Position numbers and translations under genes: made by a program | Shown: positions 8,736-17,744 of the stretch, in pieces | Position numbering within the stretch: the stretch's first letter is position 1 | Layout of the letters: the number at the start of each line of letters is the position of its first letter | The notes under the pieces: generated by a model | The model's input: only the letters and a program-made list of their open reading frames with translations | Told to the model about the DNA's origin: nothing | Databases searched by the model: none | Sequence record: MT679221.1 | Length of the DNA stretch: 64,000 bases | Reading direction: 5' to 3' (one strand)

Positions 8736-9260
8736 ATGCAAATTCGTTTTAGTCCACCGTGGGAAGTTCAATCTAACATAGATAAAGGGGCTGGCGTTAA
8801 AAAGTTGGAGGAACTCCAAGCAAGCTTCTTTAACTGGTTATATGACTGCTCGTCGGGCTTTAGTTCCATCATACTGCCAGTGAGTGACCCTATTTCGATT
8901 TATAAATCGATTATGGCACCACCTGCACTTCCGACTCTTTATTATGACCAGGTCTTAAACCTGGTTGAGAAAGGTACGAATGAAACCCTTGCTGATTTAT
9001 ATGGGGAATCATTCGACGGTCGTTTACGTTGGGTGTTCTCACAACGTGGCGATGTTGTTGTGGCGTCTTTTGCAGAAGCTAAATCCGGACCGGGTTTTTC
9101 TTTAAGTGAAGACCACGCTGCGAAAAAGATGTTCTGCGCAGAACTTTTTAAATATATGCGTCCCAAGACTCGTGTCGTGGATGATACGTTCAGTACGTCG
9201 ACGCAGTTTGCTGCGCACGAAGTGCTGACGCAGTTGTACGCATGTCATTTATCTAAATAA
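8736..9260 (+). CDS. Head-associated protein (phiKZ gp119 / SPN3US gp74 position; start revised from 8682)
   Basis: GGAG SD before ATG8736; directly upstream of the capsid gene. Confidence 0.6.
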   Translation: MQIRFSPPWEVQSNIDKGAGVKKLEELQASFFNWLYDCSSGFSSIILPVSDPISIYKSIMAPPALPTLYYDQVLNLVEKGTNETLADLYGESFDGRLRWVFSQRGDVVVASFAEAKSGPGFSLSEDHAAKKMFCAELFKYMRPKTRVVDDTFSTSTQFAAHEVLTQLYACHLSK

Positions 9261-9272
9261 GGTAAACTTGAA

Positions 9273-11573
9273 ATGAAAGATACCCGTATCGCTAGTCTGG
9301 ACCAGCTGGTTCAGCAGGGCAATGCTCTGGTCGCTGCTGCCAAGGCAGGCTCTTCCGCTAATGACGTATGGCAAACCGTAGCCGTTGGCGAATCTGTACG
9401 TAAAAATGCTGCCGGCTTCACCAACCTGCGTGACACTGCTCAGCAGCACTACGAAGCTGTAAACCCTGGCAAAACCATGAGCCACGCTGCTCAGGTTGCT
9501 TCTGCGATGATTCTGGCTGCTGCCGGTCACGAAGACGACTTCATGACCCGTGTTGCTGCTGAGAGCGCGAAGCCGGAATATGCCAGCTACATGCCGATCG
9601 CTATTTCTGGTGCAGCATCTCTGGCTGCTGACTACGGTAAAACTCCGCTGGTCGCAACCGAATACTACACCAACAAAGACCTGGACAAAAACCTGGGTCT
9701 GACCTGGACGCTGAACGTGCGTGCTCTGGAAACTCAATCCAAGTTTGCAGAAACCCTGTTCCCGACCATCACTGTGGACACCAACGACGTCGGCATCACC
9801 GTTCGTACCAAAGTTACTACTGTAACTCGTGGTATCCTGAACGCCCTGCTGACCAAAGACGTGGTTGAAGACAACCGTCAGCCGCTGCATAACGCGCTGT
9901 CTAACCACAAAGTCCTGCAGGACGATGCTATCCGTATCGTACCTTACGTGATGGAAACCGGTGAGAACGCGAAGTTCTTCGTATCCGAAGACATCATCGA
10001 AAACGAAAACGTTCAGCTGGGTCGTGTGCCGGCGTATCCGACCAACTACCTGAGCTTCTCTGAGCGTCGTCTGAACCTGTTCCAGCTGTCTGCCCATCCG
10101 GGTATCGTGCAGGAAGGTTACGATGAAACCGACGAAATCGCACCGGGTGCAGCGCTGGGTAGCCTGCTGCTGTCTGTGCGTAAGCCGACCGAAGAAGCGA
10201 AAGATGGTGCGCTGATCAAACTGAACGTACGCGACATGCAGTTCGCTACCTTCCAGCGTCCTCCTGAAGGTGATGGCCGTGAGCTGGTCCTGCAGTTCCG
10301 TCGCACTGTGTTCTCCCTGAACGCCAAGTCTCTGGACTGGAAAGGTGCTGAAATCCCGGCACTGGCCGCTCTGGCACAGAACGATTACACCATTCGTTAT
10401 TCCATGAACATCAGCATGTCTCTGTTCACCAACGGTCAGTTCTCTGGTCGTGTTGACGTGACTGCACCGTCTCTGGAAATCGAAGGTCTGTACGACGCAA
10501 CTGGTACTGCTGTTGATATCGAAAGCGGCACCGGCAAAGTCATCATCGACAACCTGAAACTGGAGCTGCTGGGCTGGCGCTTCGACGGTACTCGTACCAA
10601 CGAGAACCGGAGAACCCAGGGCCTTCTGCTCGACCCGATTTGGGAACAAGAGAACTACAAACTGCAGTACGGTTCTCCGATCATGACCAAATCTCCGGTT
10701 GGCGTTGAATACGACGACACCGAACGTCTGGACGACCTCGTTTCTGCGGTTAACATCCGTAACGAAATGCTGGCTATCACTCAGACTCTGTCCTACACCG
10801 AAGCGGTTAAGAACGCAGCTGCGTCCATGATCACTCCGTGGGACAAACCTGCTATCCGCGGCCTGGGCCGTCACTGGGTTGCTCCGTGGTACAGCGAAAG
10901 CGACTACGAAGTGGACAAAGTGATTCAGTCTCTGGATACCAAAGATGCGCTCATCAACGCCCGTCAGGGTCTGGTACAGCGTATCGGTGACCAGGTAACT
11001 CGTGCTATTCAGGATTCTCGCTTCATGCCGGCTCTGCGCCTGCTGACTGCGGACCCGAACGCACTGCCGAAAGTTGTTATCGCAACTGACGAACCGACTG
11101 CTGCAATGCTGCTGCTGGTTCAGGGCGACCAGCGTCTGCTGGGCGATCGCTACGAGTACGAAGTTATCACCACCAACGATGACCGCTGGCGTGTGAAGAA
11201 CGAAGCTGACGGCAGCTGGACTCGCCGCCTGCAGTGGGTTCTGAAAGTTCCAACCGCTGATGACGGTTCTTACTGTGTTCTGAACTGGGGTAACCACTTC
11301 TGGTCTCCGATCATGGTAACCAACATCAACATCCAGCGTAACGGCGCTACCAGCAAAGAGCTGGCAGTACAGCCTCGTAACGCACACATCTGCCACTGCC
11401 CGATCACTGGTCTGATCTGGATTAAAGGTATCACCAAGTTCGTGGAAGAGAAACTGGCGTTCAACGTCACTACTACTTCCAACGGTACTAATGGTACTGA
11501 CGGTGGTAATGCTGGTGATGTTGGCGGCGGTGCTACCCAGCCAGGTACTGGCGGTGAAGGCGCTGGCGGCTAA
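9273..11573 (+). CDS. Major capsid protein precursor (phiKZ gp120 / SPN3US gp75-like)
   Basis: 766 aa; extreme codon bias; FAETLFPTITV, GFRFDGTRTN-like and PRNAHICHCP motifs; ATE at residue 130; strong terminator after. Confidence 0.9.
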   Translation: MKDTRIASLDQLVQQGNALVAAAKAGSSANDVWQTVAVGESVRKNAAGFTNLRDTAQQHYEAVNPGKTMSHAAQVASAMILAAAGHEDDFMTRVAAESAKPEYASYMPIAISGAASLAADYGKTPLVATEYYTNKDLDKNLGLTWTLNVRALETQSKFAETLFPTITVDTNDVGITVRTKVTTVTRGILNALLTKDVVEDNRQPLHNALSNHKVLQDDAIRIVPYVMETGENAKFFVSEDIIENENVQLGRVPAYPTNYLSFSERRLNLFQLSAHPGIVQEGYDETDEIAPGAALGSLLLSVRKPTEEAKDGALIKLNVRDMQFATFQRPPEGDGRELVLQFRRTVFSLNAKSLDWKGAEIPALAALAQNDYTIRYSMNISMSLFTNGQFSGRVDVTAPSLEIEGLYDATGTAVDIESGTGKVIIDNLKLELLGWRFDGTRTNENRRTQGLLLDPIWEQENYKLQYGSPIMTKSPVGVEYDDTERLDDLVSAVNIRNEMLAITQTLSYTEAVKNAAASMITPWDKPAIRGLGRHWVAPWYSESDYEVDKVIQSLDTKDALINARQGLVQRIGDQVTRAIQDSRFMPALRLLTADPNALPKVVIATDEPTAAMLLLVQGDQRLLGDRYEYEVITTNDDRWRVKNEADGSWTRRLQWVLKVPTADDGSYCVLNWGNHFWSPIMVTNINIQRNGATSKELAVQPRNAHICHCPITGLIWIKGITKFVEEKLAFNVTTTSNGTNGTDGGNAGDVGGGATQPGTGGEGAGG

Positions 11574-11603
11574 TAATCCGTAAGGATTACGTTGCCTAAG
11601 ATT

Positions 11604-11642
11604 AGCTTACTCCCTTCGGGGAGTAAGCTTTTTCTTTTTTTT
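11604..11642 (+). terminator. Strong terminator after the capsid gene
   Basis: AGCTTACTCCC-TTCG-GGGAGTAAGCT then long T run. Confidence 0.9.
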
Positions 11643-11650
11643 CTAAAAAT

Positions 11651-11675
11651 TTATAGATAGATATTATCTTAGAGA
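11651..11675 (+). promoter_or_regulatory. Early-type promoter, variant class
   Basis: TTATAGATAGATATTATCTTAGAGA aligns with the 25-nt family. Confidence 0.6.
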
Positions 11676-11707
11676 GAGTCATTCGGTTTTAACTTAAGGA
11701 GACAGTA

Positions 11708-12406
11708 ATGGATATCGTTTTAGAGAAATCAAAACTTTCTGCACCAATGTTTGACGGCGCTGGATTTATGGTTCGTGCACACAGGGATATGTCGTGGGCC
11801 ACAAGCTTCGGAGGCGATGCTGATGTCCCCGTAGACCTCTACATGAGCCGTGATGCCGTGGAAGCAGTATTACAGTGGGTAAGAATGTGGGAACTTCATT
11901 TGAGAGGTGATGAAACAGTAAAAACGGTATCAGAGATATTGACAATAAATGATATCAAGTTTGTACTCTATCCCATGTCTGATTATGCTTACACGCGTTT
12001 AAAGGACATGGACCCTATTCAAGCGGCGAAGATTTTTGATACAGTGCGTCAGAACTTTACGACTGGGTTTGCTGAACGTGAACCCTTGTGGGAGTGTAAA
12101 ACTCATCCACTGGGCGGTTACGTTGCGGAGTCGTACAACGTTCCAGGACGTTTCATGCAATTCAGCTATGAGAATGATACCGTCAGATACAACTACCAAT
12201 ACATGAACTGTCCAGCACCGGTGCCGTACGTGTCAGACGACTTGACAATGGTAAGGATCGCCGAATCGTTATTATCTGTTGCGGACACACAGACGTACCC
12301 GCGTAGTGGTTATGTGTTAGAATTGAAACTTGGTTTTGGTGAACTAAAATTAGGCGATTTAAATCGTGACCAACTCCGCGAAATAGCCCAACGCCTAATA
12401 CCCTAA
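11708..12406 (+). CDS. Hypothetical protein with its own promoter, between core genes
   Basis: 232 aa; AAGGAG SD. Confidence 0.8.
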   Translation: MDIVLEKSKLSAPMFDGAGFMVRAHRDMSWATSFGGDADVPVDLYMSRDAVEAVLQWVRMWELHLRGDETVKTVSEILTINDIKFVLYPMSDYAYTRLKDMDPIQAAKIFDTVRQNFTTGFAEREPLWECKTHPLGGYVAESYNVPGRFMQFSYENDTVRYNYQYMNCPAPVPYVSDDLTMVRIAESLLSVADTQTYPRSGYVLELKLGFGELKLGDLNRDQLREIAQRLIP

Positions 12407-12453
12407 TGTTTTTTACGTTACGGGCACTGGGTATGAACCCGTGCCCAAAGTAA

Positions 12454-12478
12454 TCTGAGATAGATATTATCTACGTGA
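12454..12478 (+). promoter_or_regulatory. Early-type promoter, variant class
   Basis: AGATAGATATTATCTACGTGA. Confidence 0.55.
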
Positions 12479-12511
12479 ATAATTCTTTTGGTATTATTAC
12501 TGGGATGCTCA

Positions 12512-13516
12512 ATGAACCGTTATGATTTAGACGTTCAGCCAACGCTAACCCAGCGGCCCATGCACCGTGGTGCCGTGTCGAAGACTATCACGTACGAAAA
12601 TAATACCGGGTTTCCCATTTACGTCACTGAACTCAGTGGCGGGCATTTTGTTTTAGCCCCGTCGTCCACCACAGCGGCGGAATTTGGGATTGTTATTTAC
12701 GTGACCTATACGGTGTTTGCGAACGGTGCTAACCTATCTGGTTTGCGCGACGCACATTCGCCAAAGCAGTATGCGCAGATATGTAAGGAATTAACCACGA
12801 ACGGCGAAACAACGCTGATGTATGTAGTTGATGATATCGGTGCGTTAATGCGAGGCGACTTGGTGGTGTTGAAGAAGCTAGGAATGGCTTTCTCTACCCA
12901 ACCAGTAAAACTCGATTCTGAGGTTATTGGTAAGCCAGGAGGGGATCGTAAAGAATTTGCCTTGGGCGTGGTAGTTGTGCAGAAGTACGAAGACCCAGCA
13001 CCTTTAAAGTGGCTGAGGTTCTATACAACGATGTTGGAAGTCGAACCGATTCGATCGAAGTATTACGACGAGGGTATTTACATGGTAATCGGTGGTGCGG
13101 AGTGTGTCGAAGGGGGTAAGATGATAATGTACGCTTTCGATGACCCGATGTCCCCGTTCCGGGCGTTTGCATCTGAAGATGAAGCGAGGCGTTATCGGTG
13201 GCTCGATAACATTCCAGAGTTGCGAGATGTTCGTGCGAAGCTGGAAGCCACGTATCAGGCCAAGTTGCAAGATCTCGATGAGAAAAAGAATCGGCAAGAC
13301 CTCGATTATCGTACGCAACTTAATAATCTGGCGCTGGAGAAGGAGAGGATTAACACCCTTAACGCAATCCAGACGAATGAGCTTAAGTTGCGTTCCGATG
13401 TTCGTAAAGACCAATACGAGTCCCGAGCTTATCAGCGAAAAGATAGCTCGGAGTTCTTGAAATCCATTCCCGCGTATTTGGCTGCAGGGGTAGCACTCGT
13501 TGGGATGATTCTCTGA
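12512..13516 (+). CDS. Conserved phiKZ-like protein (gp122 position) with C-terminal coiled coil and hydrophobic tail
   Basis: Synteny upstream of the nvRNAP subunit; start revised from 12488. Confidence 0.65.
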   Translation: MNRYDLDVQPTLTQRPMHRGAVSKTITYENNTGFPIYVTELSGGHFVLAPSSTTAAEFGIVIYVTYTVFANGANLSGLRDAHSPKQYAQICKELTTNGETTLMYVVDDIGALMRGDLVVLKKLGMAFSTQPVKLDSEVIGKPGGDRKEFALGVVVVQKYEDPAPLKWLRFYTTMLEVEPIRSKYYDEGIYMVIGGAECVEGGKMIMYAFDDPMSPFRAFASEDEARRYRWLDNIPELRDVRAKLEATYQAKLQDLDEKKNRQDLDYRTQLNNLALEKERINTLNAIQTNELKLRSDVRKDQYESRAYQRKDSSEFLKSIPAYLAAGVALVGMIL

Positions 13517-13527
13517 GGGAGGCCGGT

Positions 13528-15306
13528 GTGTTTAAAGATGCGATTAGGAAGATTAAAGAGGCAGGCGAAATAGTGCCTTTTAATCGTGCAATTGCAGAAG
13601 GAGTTGGGTACACACAAGCTAAAGATGGGATACATGATCGTGTGGCAACCATTCTACGTCGCGAGTTGACGTATGATGAAATCGATAACCCGAAATTACC
13701 AGAAGGGTTAACGGTATTAGGTTGTCGCCAAATGTCGCCGTTTGAAGCTTTTATCTTTAAGTTATCGAAGTCGGATAACAATTCACGAAATAATCGTGGC
13801 CGGTCAATTATTAACATCTCATCCACTGACACGTATATGGTAATGGCCTCGTTCCGAGTTCCAGGTGATCCTCGCCCGGTGCAACGACCAATGAGCCTGC
13901 CGTTTATTCGTCGTGGCGGCTTAATGAACTACTATGGTACAACGTACCACGTAGCACCTGTAATCCATCAACCTGGTATATGTCGTGAGCACGGTGGTAT
14001 CTTTATTAACTTTGACTTCACTCGCAAGGTGTCTATCAAGTTCTGTAAGAAACCAACGAAGATTCTGGTGAATGGTCGCCCTGAGCAGCTGTTCTTGCCA
14101 GGTACATCGAATCTGTTTGTCTCAACCGGACAGATTGGACACGACACAGATGAGAAGCCACTGATGTATTGGCTCTTTGGGCGTTATGGCTTTAAACAAG
14201 CCGTGAAACGTTATGCGGGCGTTGACGTGGCGATTTGGCCAGCGATTAAAGTACGTGATGTGGACTTAACGAAGTATGTGGTGATTCAATCCGGTGAGCC
14301 ACAACTCGCGAAGACCATCCAGTACGTGCTGTTGGTTAAACGTGAAGATATGCCTAACACCGATGCAGGGCGTTGGGATCAAAACGAACATCTGTTGCTG
14401 GTAGCGACTGCCGCATTCTTCAAAGCAGCGCACTACTACGCAGGTAAACAGAACAGTAAGAACGGTCGTGCGCCAACATTACCGGGGCTGTTTACACAGA
14501 TTAATGAAATGGCAATGGACGAAGATATTGCAAACCTCAACTCTGCAGCGTCTTGGCGTGAAGTGTTGGGCCGCAGTATTCGCGGACTGAAGCCTTCGGA
14601 TATCGAACTGAGTCGCAGTATGGACAGCCACTTCCAGGAATGTGAACGCTATGTCAACAGCACCTTCCGTGGTGAGCTGATGGCAAACGATCCGTCCATC
14701 CCTGATGATTTGGATATGTTTGATTTCCTCTGGTATACCACGCAGCTGATGGTACGCACTCGACTTACCAAGCAAGATGATATTCCGTCTATGTACGGAA
14801 AACGTCTCACGGTAACCGATTACCTACTGTTGGGTCAACGTGGCTTTACCACAACGATCTCGAAAATACGTTGGAAGCTGGGTCAGTTGGAACATCGGAC
14901 TCCAGAGACAGCGGCGAAGTCTATTCGAGACGCACTGAACAAACAGATCGTGCTCAATCTGGTGATGCGCACCATTACGAGCAACGGCGGTATCAGTTTC
15001 TTCAATGCCTCTACAGAATCAATGGTATTGGCAGTGTCTACGCACGCCATCGGTCAAACCGAAACCGATGCTAAGCGTTCGAAGAAAGGAGGCAAGACCG
15101 TTAACTTGAACGACCGTACTAAGCACGCATCCGCGTCGCATCTGGAATGTGGTAACGTCTACTACATTCCTAAGTCGGCACCGTTTAAGGCGAACATCCT
15201 CAACCCGTACATGAAGACCAACCCAAGTTTGGTAATGATGCGGAATCCTAAACTGGACCCGTACATCAGACCGACCGAAGAAGACATTGCTAAAATCGGC
15301 CGCTAA
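13528..15306 (+). CDS. Non-virion RNA polymerase beta subunit, N-terminal part (phiKZ gp123 / SPN3US gp77-like)
   Basis: 592 aa; PFNRAIAEG, LPFIRRGG, SMYGKRLTV motifs; position two genes after the capsid gene in SPN3US. Confidence 0.8.
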   Translation: MFKDAIRKIKEAGEIVPFNRAIAEGVGYTQAKDGIHDRVATILRRELTYDEIDNPKLPEGLTVLGCRQMSPFEAFIFKLSKSDNNSRNNRGRSIINISSTDTYMVMASFRVPGDPRPVQRPMSLPFIRRGGLMNYYGTTYHVAPVIHQPGICREHGGIFINFDFTRKVSIKFCKKPTKILVNGRPEQLFLPGTSNLFVSTGQIGHDTDEKPLMYWLFGRYGFKQAVKRYAGVDVAIWPAIKVRDVDLTKYVVIQSGEPQLAKTIQYVLLVKREDMPNTDAGRWDQNEHLLLVATAAFFKAAHYYAGKQNSKNGRAPTLPGLFTQINEMAMDEDIANLNSAASWREVLGRSIRGLKPSDIELSRSMDSHFQECERYVNSTFRGELMANDPSIPDDLDMFDFLWYTTQLMVRTRLTKQDDIPSMYGKRLTVTDYLLLGQRGFTTTISKIRWKLGQLEHRTPETAAKSIRDALNKQIVLNLVMRTITSNGGISFFNASTESMVLAVSTHAIGQTETDAKRSKKGGKTVNLNDRTKHASASHLECGNVYYIPKSAPFKANILNPYMKTNPSLVMMRNPKLDPYIRPTEEDIAKIGR

Positions 15307-15337
15307 TTATTACATCTCTTAAGGAGTATTATTTACA

Positions 15338-17014
15338 ATGAGCATTACTGTTGAACAAATCAAAAACGTCATCGTTAAACACCTCGATCAGGACGCGGTA
15401 CTGTCGCAGTTGAATAACGTGATGCGTAGTCGTAGTATTCCGCCAGATCAGGCGTTAAAGATTGCGACGTATGTTGCGGCATGGGCAGCATCCAAAGGGG
15501 GTAGTGAAGCACAGGTTATCGCATATGCGGTCGATGCGTATAAAGCAGCTGCCTATCAGCAGGTGCATAACGCGGGCGACGCGTATAACGACGATCGTCA
15601 CACCAAACTGGTTAATGCTTGGGAACAAGTCGGTAAGATTCTTGCCGAAATTCGTTCTCAGCAGTCCGGCGGTTTAGGTGGCAGCGGTGGTTTAGGTGGT
15701 GGTAGCAACGCAGGCGGGTTACTGGGCGGTAACAGTTCTGGCGGTGTCCGTGTTACTGATGGCCTGACCATGTCTTCTGCGCCATCCGGCGGTGTTAAGA
15801 TTGGTAACACAGATGCGGCACTAACCGTGATTGCTGGCGGTGCAGGTCTTAACCTGGTTAGTGATCCTATCCTGAACCCACAACCGGCGCAAGTAGTCCC
15901 AGCCACAGCACAACAGCCCCAGCCTGAACCAGCACAGGTGCCTGTACAACCAATGCCGGTGTCTAACGCTACAGTTAATAACCCAGTGCTTTCCCCACTC
16001 GGCGCAACAGAAGAAACCGAGAAGGACACTACCAATGGCCCAATTAACAACATTCTGCAGGAGATTGATTTGATGGAAGACTACGCACTTCACGAGCTGA
16101 AAACCCCCGAGCTTAAAATGTCGATTCCAGCGAAGGAAGCTAACAGTCGCATTAAGCAATCCGTTTACGCGGAAACGCGTGATTGGGCTACACCGTTGCA
16201 AGATATCTTTAACGGTAATGAAGAGGTTGTTTTCTACGACGGGGCTGACCTGATTGTGCGTGCACGGGATAGCTATCGCGCGTATCTGGTCGGTGTTAAC
16301 ACTGATATGTGCGAACGCATGAAGCAATTTGTTGCTAAGCACGACGCACTGAAATCCGATCTCGACAACTTGGCGTTGGTAGAAGATGTTGAAACTATCA
16401 TGGCTAAGGTGAAACGCACGATCGATGAACTGCGTAAGAACACGAAAGAACTGCACGAATATGCGATTGCGAACAGCAGCGAAGCAGAAGTGGTTATCAG
16501 TGAAATTTCTCGCTTTGCTAATGCGTATCTGGCGAATATCACTTTCCTGGTACACAACGCGCTGTCGCTGGGCACTAAGCGTGGTAAAGATGTGCCGAAG
16601 TTCAAAGCTATCGATTTCGAACGGAAAATCAGCGATATTGATTTCTTCGTAAAAGATCTGTTCACAGCAACCGCTGGCGACAACGGCGTAAGTGAATATG
16701 AAGACTGGTTCCGTGACCTGTTCCTGATGGTAGCAAACTCTCTGCGCAAACTGACTATCAAGCTGAGCGATTCTGGCAAGGTGGTTAATCTGATTCAGAG
16801 CCAGTTCACCATCGTGATTCCAGGCATGTACCATTCTGTTGATAAACACGACGTAGTTACGGTAGCGTCTCTGGGCAATACCGCAGACCCGGTTGTGTCT
16901 ATCTACGAAGCAGTACAGGAAAACGTGCCACATGCAATTGTATTGATGCAGCTGCCGCAGCACACTTACTTGCTTCTGAGCAATGGTGAGAAAACTGCAC
17001 CAGTGTTGTACTAA
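15338..17014 (+). CDS. Conserved hypothetical protein with central Gly-rich and Pro/Gln-rich disordered linker
   Basis: 558 aa; AAGGAG SD; GGLGGSGGLGGG and QPQPEPAQVPVQP tracts. Confidence 0.8.
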   Translation: MSITVEQIKNVIVKHLDQDAVLSQLNNVMRSRSIPPDQALKIATYVAAWAASKGGSEAQVIAYAVDAYKAAAYQQVHNAGDAYNDDRHTKLVNAWEQVGKILAEIRSQQSGGLGGSGGLGGGSNAGGLLGGNSSGGVRVTDGLTMSSAPSGGVKIGNTDAALTVIAGGAGLNLVSDPILNPQPAQVVPATAQQPQPEPAQVPVQPMPVSNATVNNPVLSPLGATEETEKDTTNGPINNILQEIDLMEDYALHELKTPELKMSIPAKEANSRIKQSVYAETRDWATPLQDIFNGNEEVVFYDGADLIVRARDSYRAYLVGVNTDMCERMKQFVAKHDALKSDLDNLALVEDVETIMAKVKRTIDELRKNTKELHEYAIANSSEAEVVISEISRFANAYLANITFLVHNALSLGTKRGKDVPKFKAIDFERKISDIDFFVKDLFTATAGDNGVSEYEDWFRDLFLMVANSLRKLTIKLSDSGKVVNLIQSQFTIVIPGMYHSVDKHDVVTVASLGNTADPVVSIYEAVQENVPHAIVLMQLPQHTYLLLSNGEKTAPVLY

Positions 17015-17021
17015 GTAATAC

Positions 17022-17056
17022 GGAGACCTTCGGGTCTCCTATTATTATTTTTTATT
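17022..17056 (+). terminator. Intrinsic terminator
   Basis: GGAGACC-TTCG-GGTCTCC then T-rich tail. Confidence 0.8.
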
Positions 17057-17061
17057 TTATC

Positions 17062-17346
17062 ATGAAAAGGAGTATTAAAATGTCTAGTGTTGAAGCAGTA
17101 ATCTATTTTGAAAACGATGGGGTCGCAGGGTGCGGCTTCCCGAAGACAGCTGGGGTTAAATTTCTGTTGGCAAAGTATAAAGAAGAGCTTAAGAAAACGG
17201 CAGGGCAGAACCCAGGCGTGCCACTGCGTAGTATTTTTCCTGAGATGGAGAAGGCTGCAAAAATTGATCCGGTGTTGGGTATGTTCTGCGGGATGATCAA
17301 AGAGCGATTCCCTGACATCGATAAGTACCACATTACGCTGGCGTAA
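17062..17346 (+). CDS. Hypothetical protein (start at 17062 or 17080)
   Basis: ORF track; AGGAG before the second Met. Confidence 0.7.
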   Translation: MKRSIKMSSVEAVIYFENDGVAGCGFPKTAGVKFLLAKYKEELKKTAGQNPGVPLRSIFPEMEKAAKIDPVLGMFCGMIKERFPDIDKYHITLA

Positions 17347-17380
17347 TTATTATAGAGTAGCTCTATAATGAGGTTCGAGC

Positions 17381-17683
17381 ATGGTAAAGTTCATTGTTGT
17401 CAACATGGATTTTGAGCGTAGTGTGCGTTTTCGCTTTGAGTTACCTGAAAACAAAGCGACTGAAGCTTTCTTAGCCGACTTCCACAAAGCCAAAACCGCG
17501 ATCAGTCATGGACGTCGCTGGCAAATCTTCTATAACGCCCGTAAAGGCCTCCTGAAGGCGTTAAAAGTAGCAAAGGATACAAAGGTATTGGAAAAGCTAG
17601 AACCTTTCCAGAACGACCCTCTGGCGATTGGTATCATGCTCGACGAACTGGTTAATAAACCTAAAGCTGCTACAGAAGATTAA
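17381..17683 (+). CDS. Hypothetical protein
   Basis: 100 aa; GAGG SD. Confidence 0.7.
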   Translation: MVKFIVVNMDFERSVRFRFELPENKATEAFLADFHKAKTAISHGRRWQIFYNARKGLLKALKVAKDTKVLEKLEPFQNDPLAIGIMLDELVNKPKAATED

Positions 17684-17742
17684 AAAAGAAAAGGTACCTC
17701 TCCCCGAAGGGAGAGGTAAACCTTATTTCTTTTTCTTTTTTT
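17682..17742. terminator. Bidirectional terminator between convergent genes
   Basis: A run + ACCTCTCCC-CGAA-GGGAGAGGT + T run. Confidence 0.85.
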
Positions 17743-17744
17743 GT

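Noticed and set aside
9249-11396. 715-aa minus-strand ORF
   Set aside because: It is the antisense shadow of the capsid gene. Strong codon bias avoids TTA/CTA/TCA in frame, so the opposite strand lacks stops. No SD or recognisable motifs.
15821-16963. 380-aa minus-strand ORF (and similar shadows at 18834, 58106 and elsewhere)
   Set aside because: Antisense to well-supported biased genes; composition typical of shadow frames
4421-17039. Paired GGTCTC/GAGACC (BsaI) sites as a cloning scar
   Set aside because: They form the stems of ordinary terminators at 4421 and 17022 in native context
17349-17369. ATTATAGAG-TAG-CTCTATAAT hairpin next to an SD
   Set aside because: AT-rich with a 3-nt loop and a single occurrence; too weak to support a regulatory claim
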